Shown one piece after another: positions 63,170 to 64,000 of a stretch of DNA of 64,000 bases (the stretch's first letter is position 1; each line of letters begins with the position of its first letter). The DNA comes from Lama guanicoe. Its lineage: Eukaryota. The stretch covers positions 6,670,270 to 6,734,269 of the forward strand of contig MU054212.1 in NCBI GenBank assembly GCA_013239625.1, given 5' to 3'. The notes below the pieces were generated by a model. It made no database searches, was not told the origin of the DNA, and saw only the letters and a list, made by a program, of their open reading frames with translations. Position numbers and translations under genes: made by a program.

Positions 63170-63370
63170 CAGTCATGGGTTGTCTTCTTCCTCCTCTGAA
63201 CTCATTCACCAAGTTTTGCCTCTGCAACCAGTTTGGCAATTAACCACCTTCTGCTGCCTTGAGTGGATAGTTTGGTAAATTTTTAGTGGGCATGAACATT
63301 TCATAAATGTTTTGTCTTGATTTTCTATTTCAGTTGGAGGTTTCTTGAGGCAGGGGCTTTGGCTTTATCG
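63170..63370 (+). mobile_element. Degenerate L2 fragment
   Basis: ggtttcttgaggcaggggctttggctttat. Confidence 0.45.
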
Positions 63371-64000
63371 ATCTCTTCTTTCCTTCCTGGAGTAGGGGAA
63401 GGATGCCAACTTTGTGCCAGGCACCAACCTGCTTCACTGCCTATGCCTGGAGGTGCAGGTCAGGAAACTGCTTCTGAGATGCTGTGCCCTGCCCCTGCCA
63501 CAGGGTAAGTGGTGGACGCACAATTTGAATCCTGACTGATGACAAAGCCCTTCCTTAGATGACAGACATGGCAGATAGGATGTAAGCAATTGATTTCTAT
63601 TTTTTTAATTAGTTTTTAAAATTTTAATTAATTTAAAATTATTTTTATAGATTAATTGACTTCTGTTTTAACCACATACACAAAATCAGACAGCATTCTC
63701 ATGACTGTGTTCATTCTTTTGTTTCTGAGTGAGAATTCCTCTAATATCTCTGGGTTTCAGAAGCCCTGTCTGTGTTTCCTCCCGGGGAAGAGACGGTGCA
63801 GGAAGCAGCTACACATATTCCCGGAGAAGTTGCCGCTGTGGAGTTTGGAGTTTGCTAGCGGATGAGGGATGGGGCGGCCAGTATTTCTTGTTGCTGTCAA
63901 AATAGAAATCAGTCTGCCCCTGAGCTGAACCTCACTCATCAGCAGTTGCACCACAAAGGATTTATTTTTGAGGTGATGGGTAGTCCTCAACCCTGGCCAC

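Noticed and set aside
63595..63660. Nearly pure A/T stretch (similar one at 46330-46400)
   Set aside because: Ordinary low-complexity sequence with no supporting structure.
1..64000. ORFs of 60-184 aa in the supplied track (e.g. 12421-12918, 31694-32248, 38284-38826, 42365-42916)
   Set aside because: No recognisable domains; composition is typical of chance ORFs and many overlap repeats. Only 53379-53865 and 27136-27321 resemble protein, and they are decayed L1 ORF2.

Overview
Mammalian non-coding genomic DNA, either intergenic or deep within a long intron. I recognise no intact protein-coding gene, tRNA, rRNA or known ncRNA. The ORF track consists of chance ORFs and decayed L1 ORF2 fragments. 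Much of the window is eutherian repeat fossils: MIR, L2, old L1M/HAL1, hAT (Zaphod/MER115-like, Charlie1a, MER5A, MER20), Tigger MITEs and ERVL/MaLR solo LTRs. There are also four short, younger L1 3' ends whose style, together with the absence of Alu, B1/B2, Bov-tA/BovB, PRE-1 and Can-SINE, suggests a camelid-type artiodactyl (inference). Repeat family names come from recalled consensus sequences and boundaries are approximate unless TIRs/TSDs are quoted. The most notable non-repeat signal is a candidate recursive splice site at 13415-13422 (strong 3' splice site fused to GTAAGT) with a stop-containing RS-exon. Other points of interest are repeat-poor blocks with enhancer-like motifs and several clear nested insertions. 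I found nothing I can support as a new biological system.
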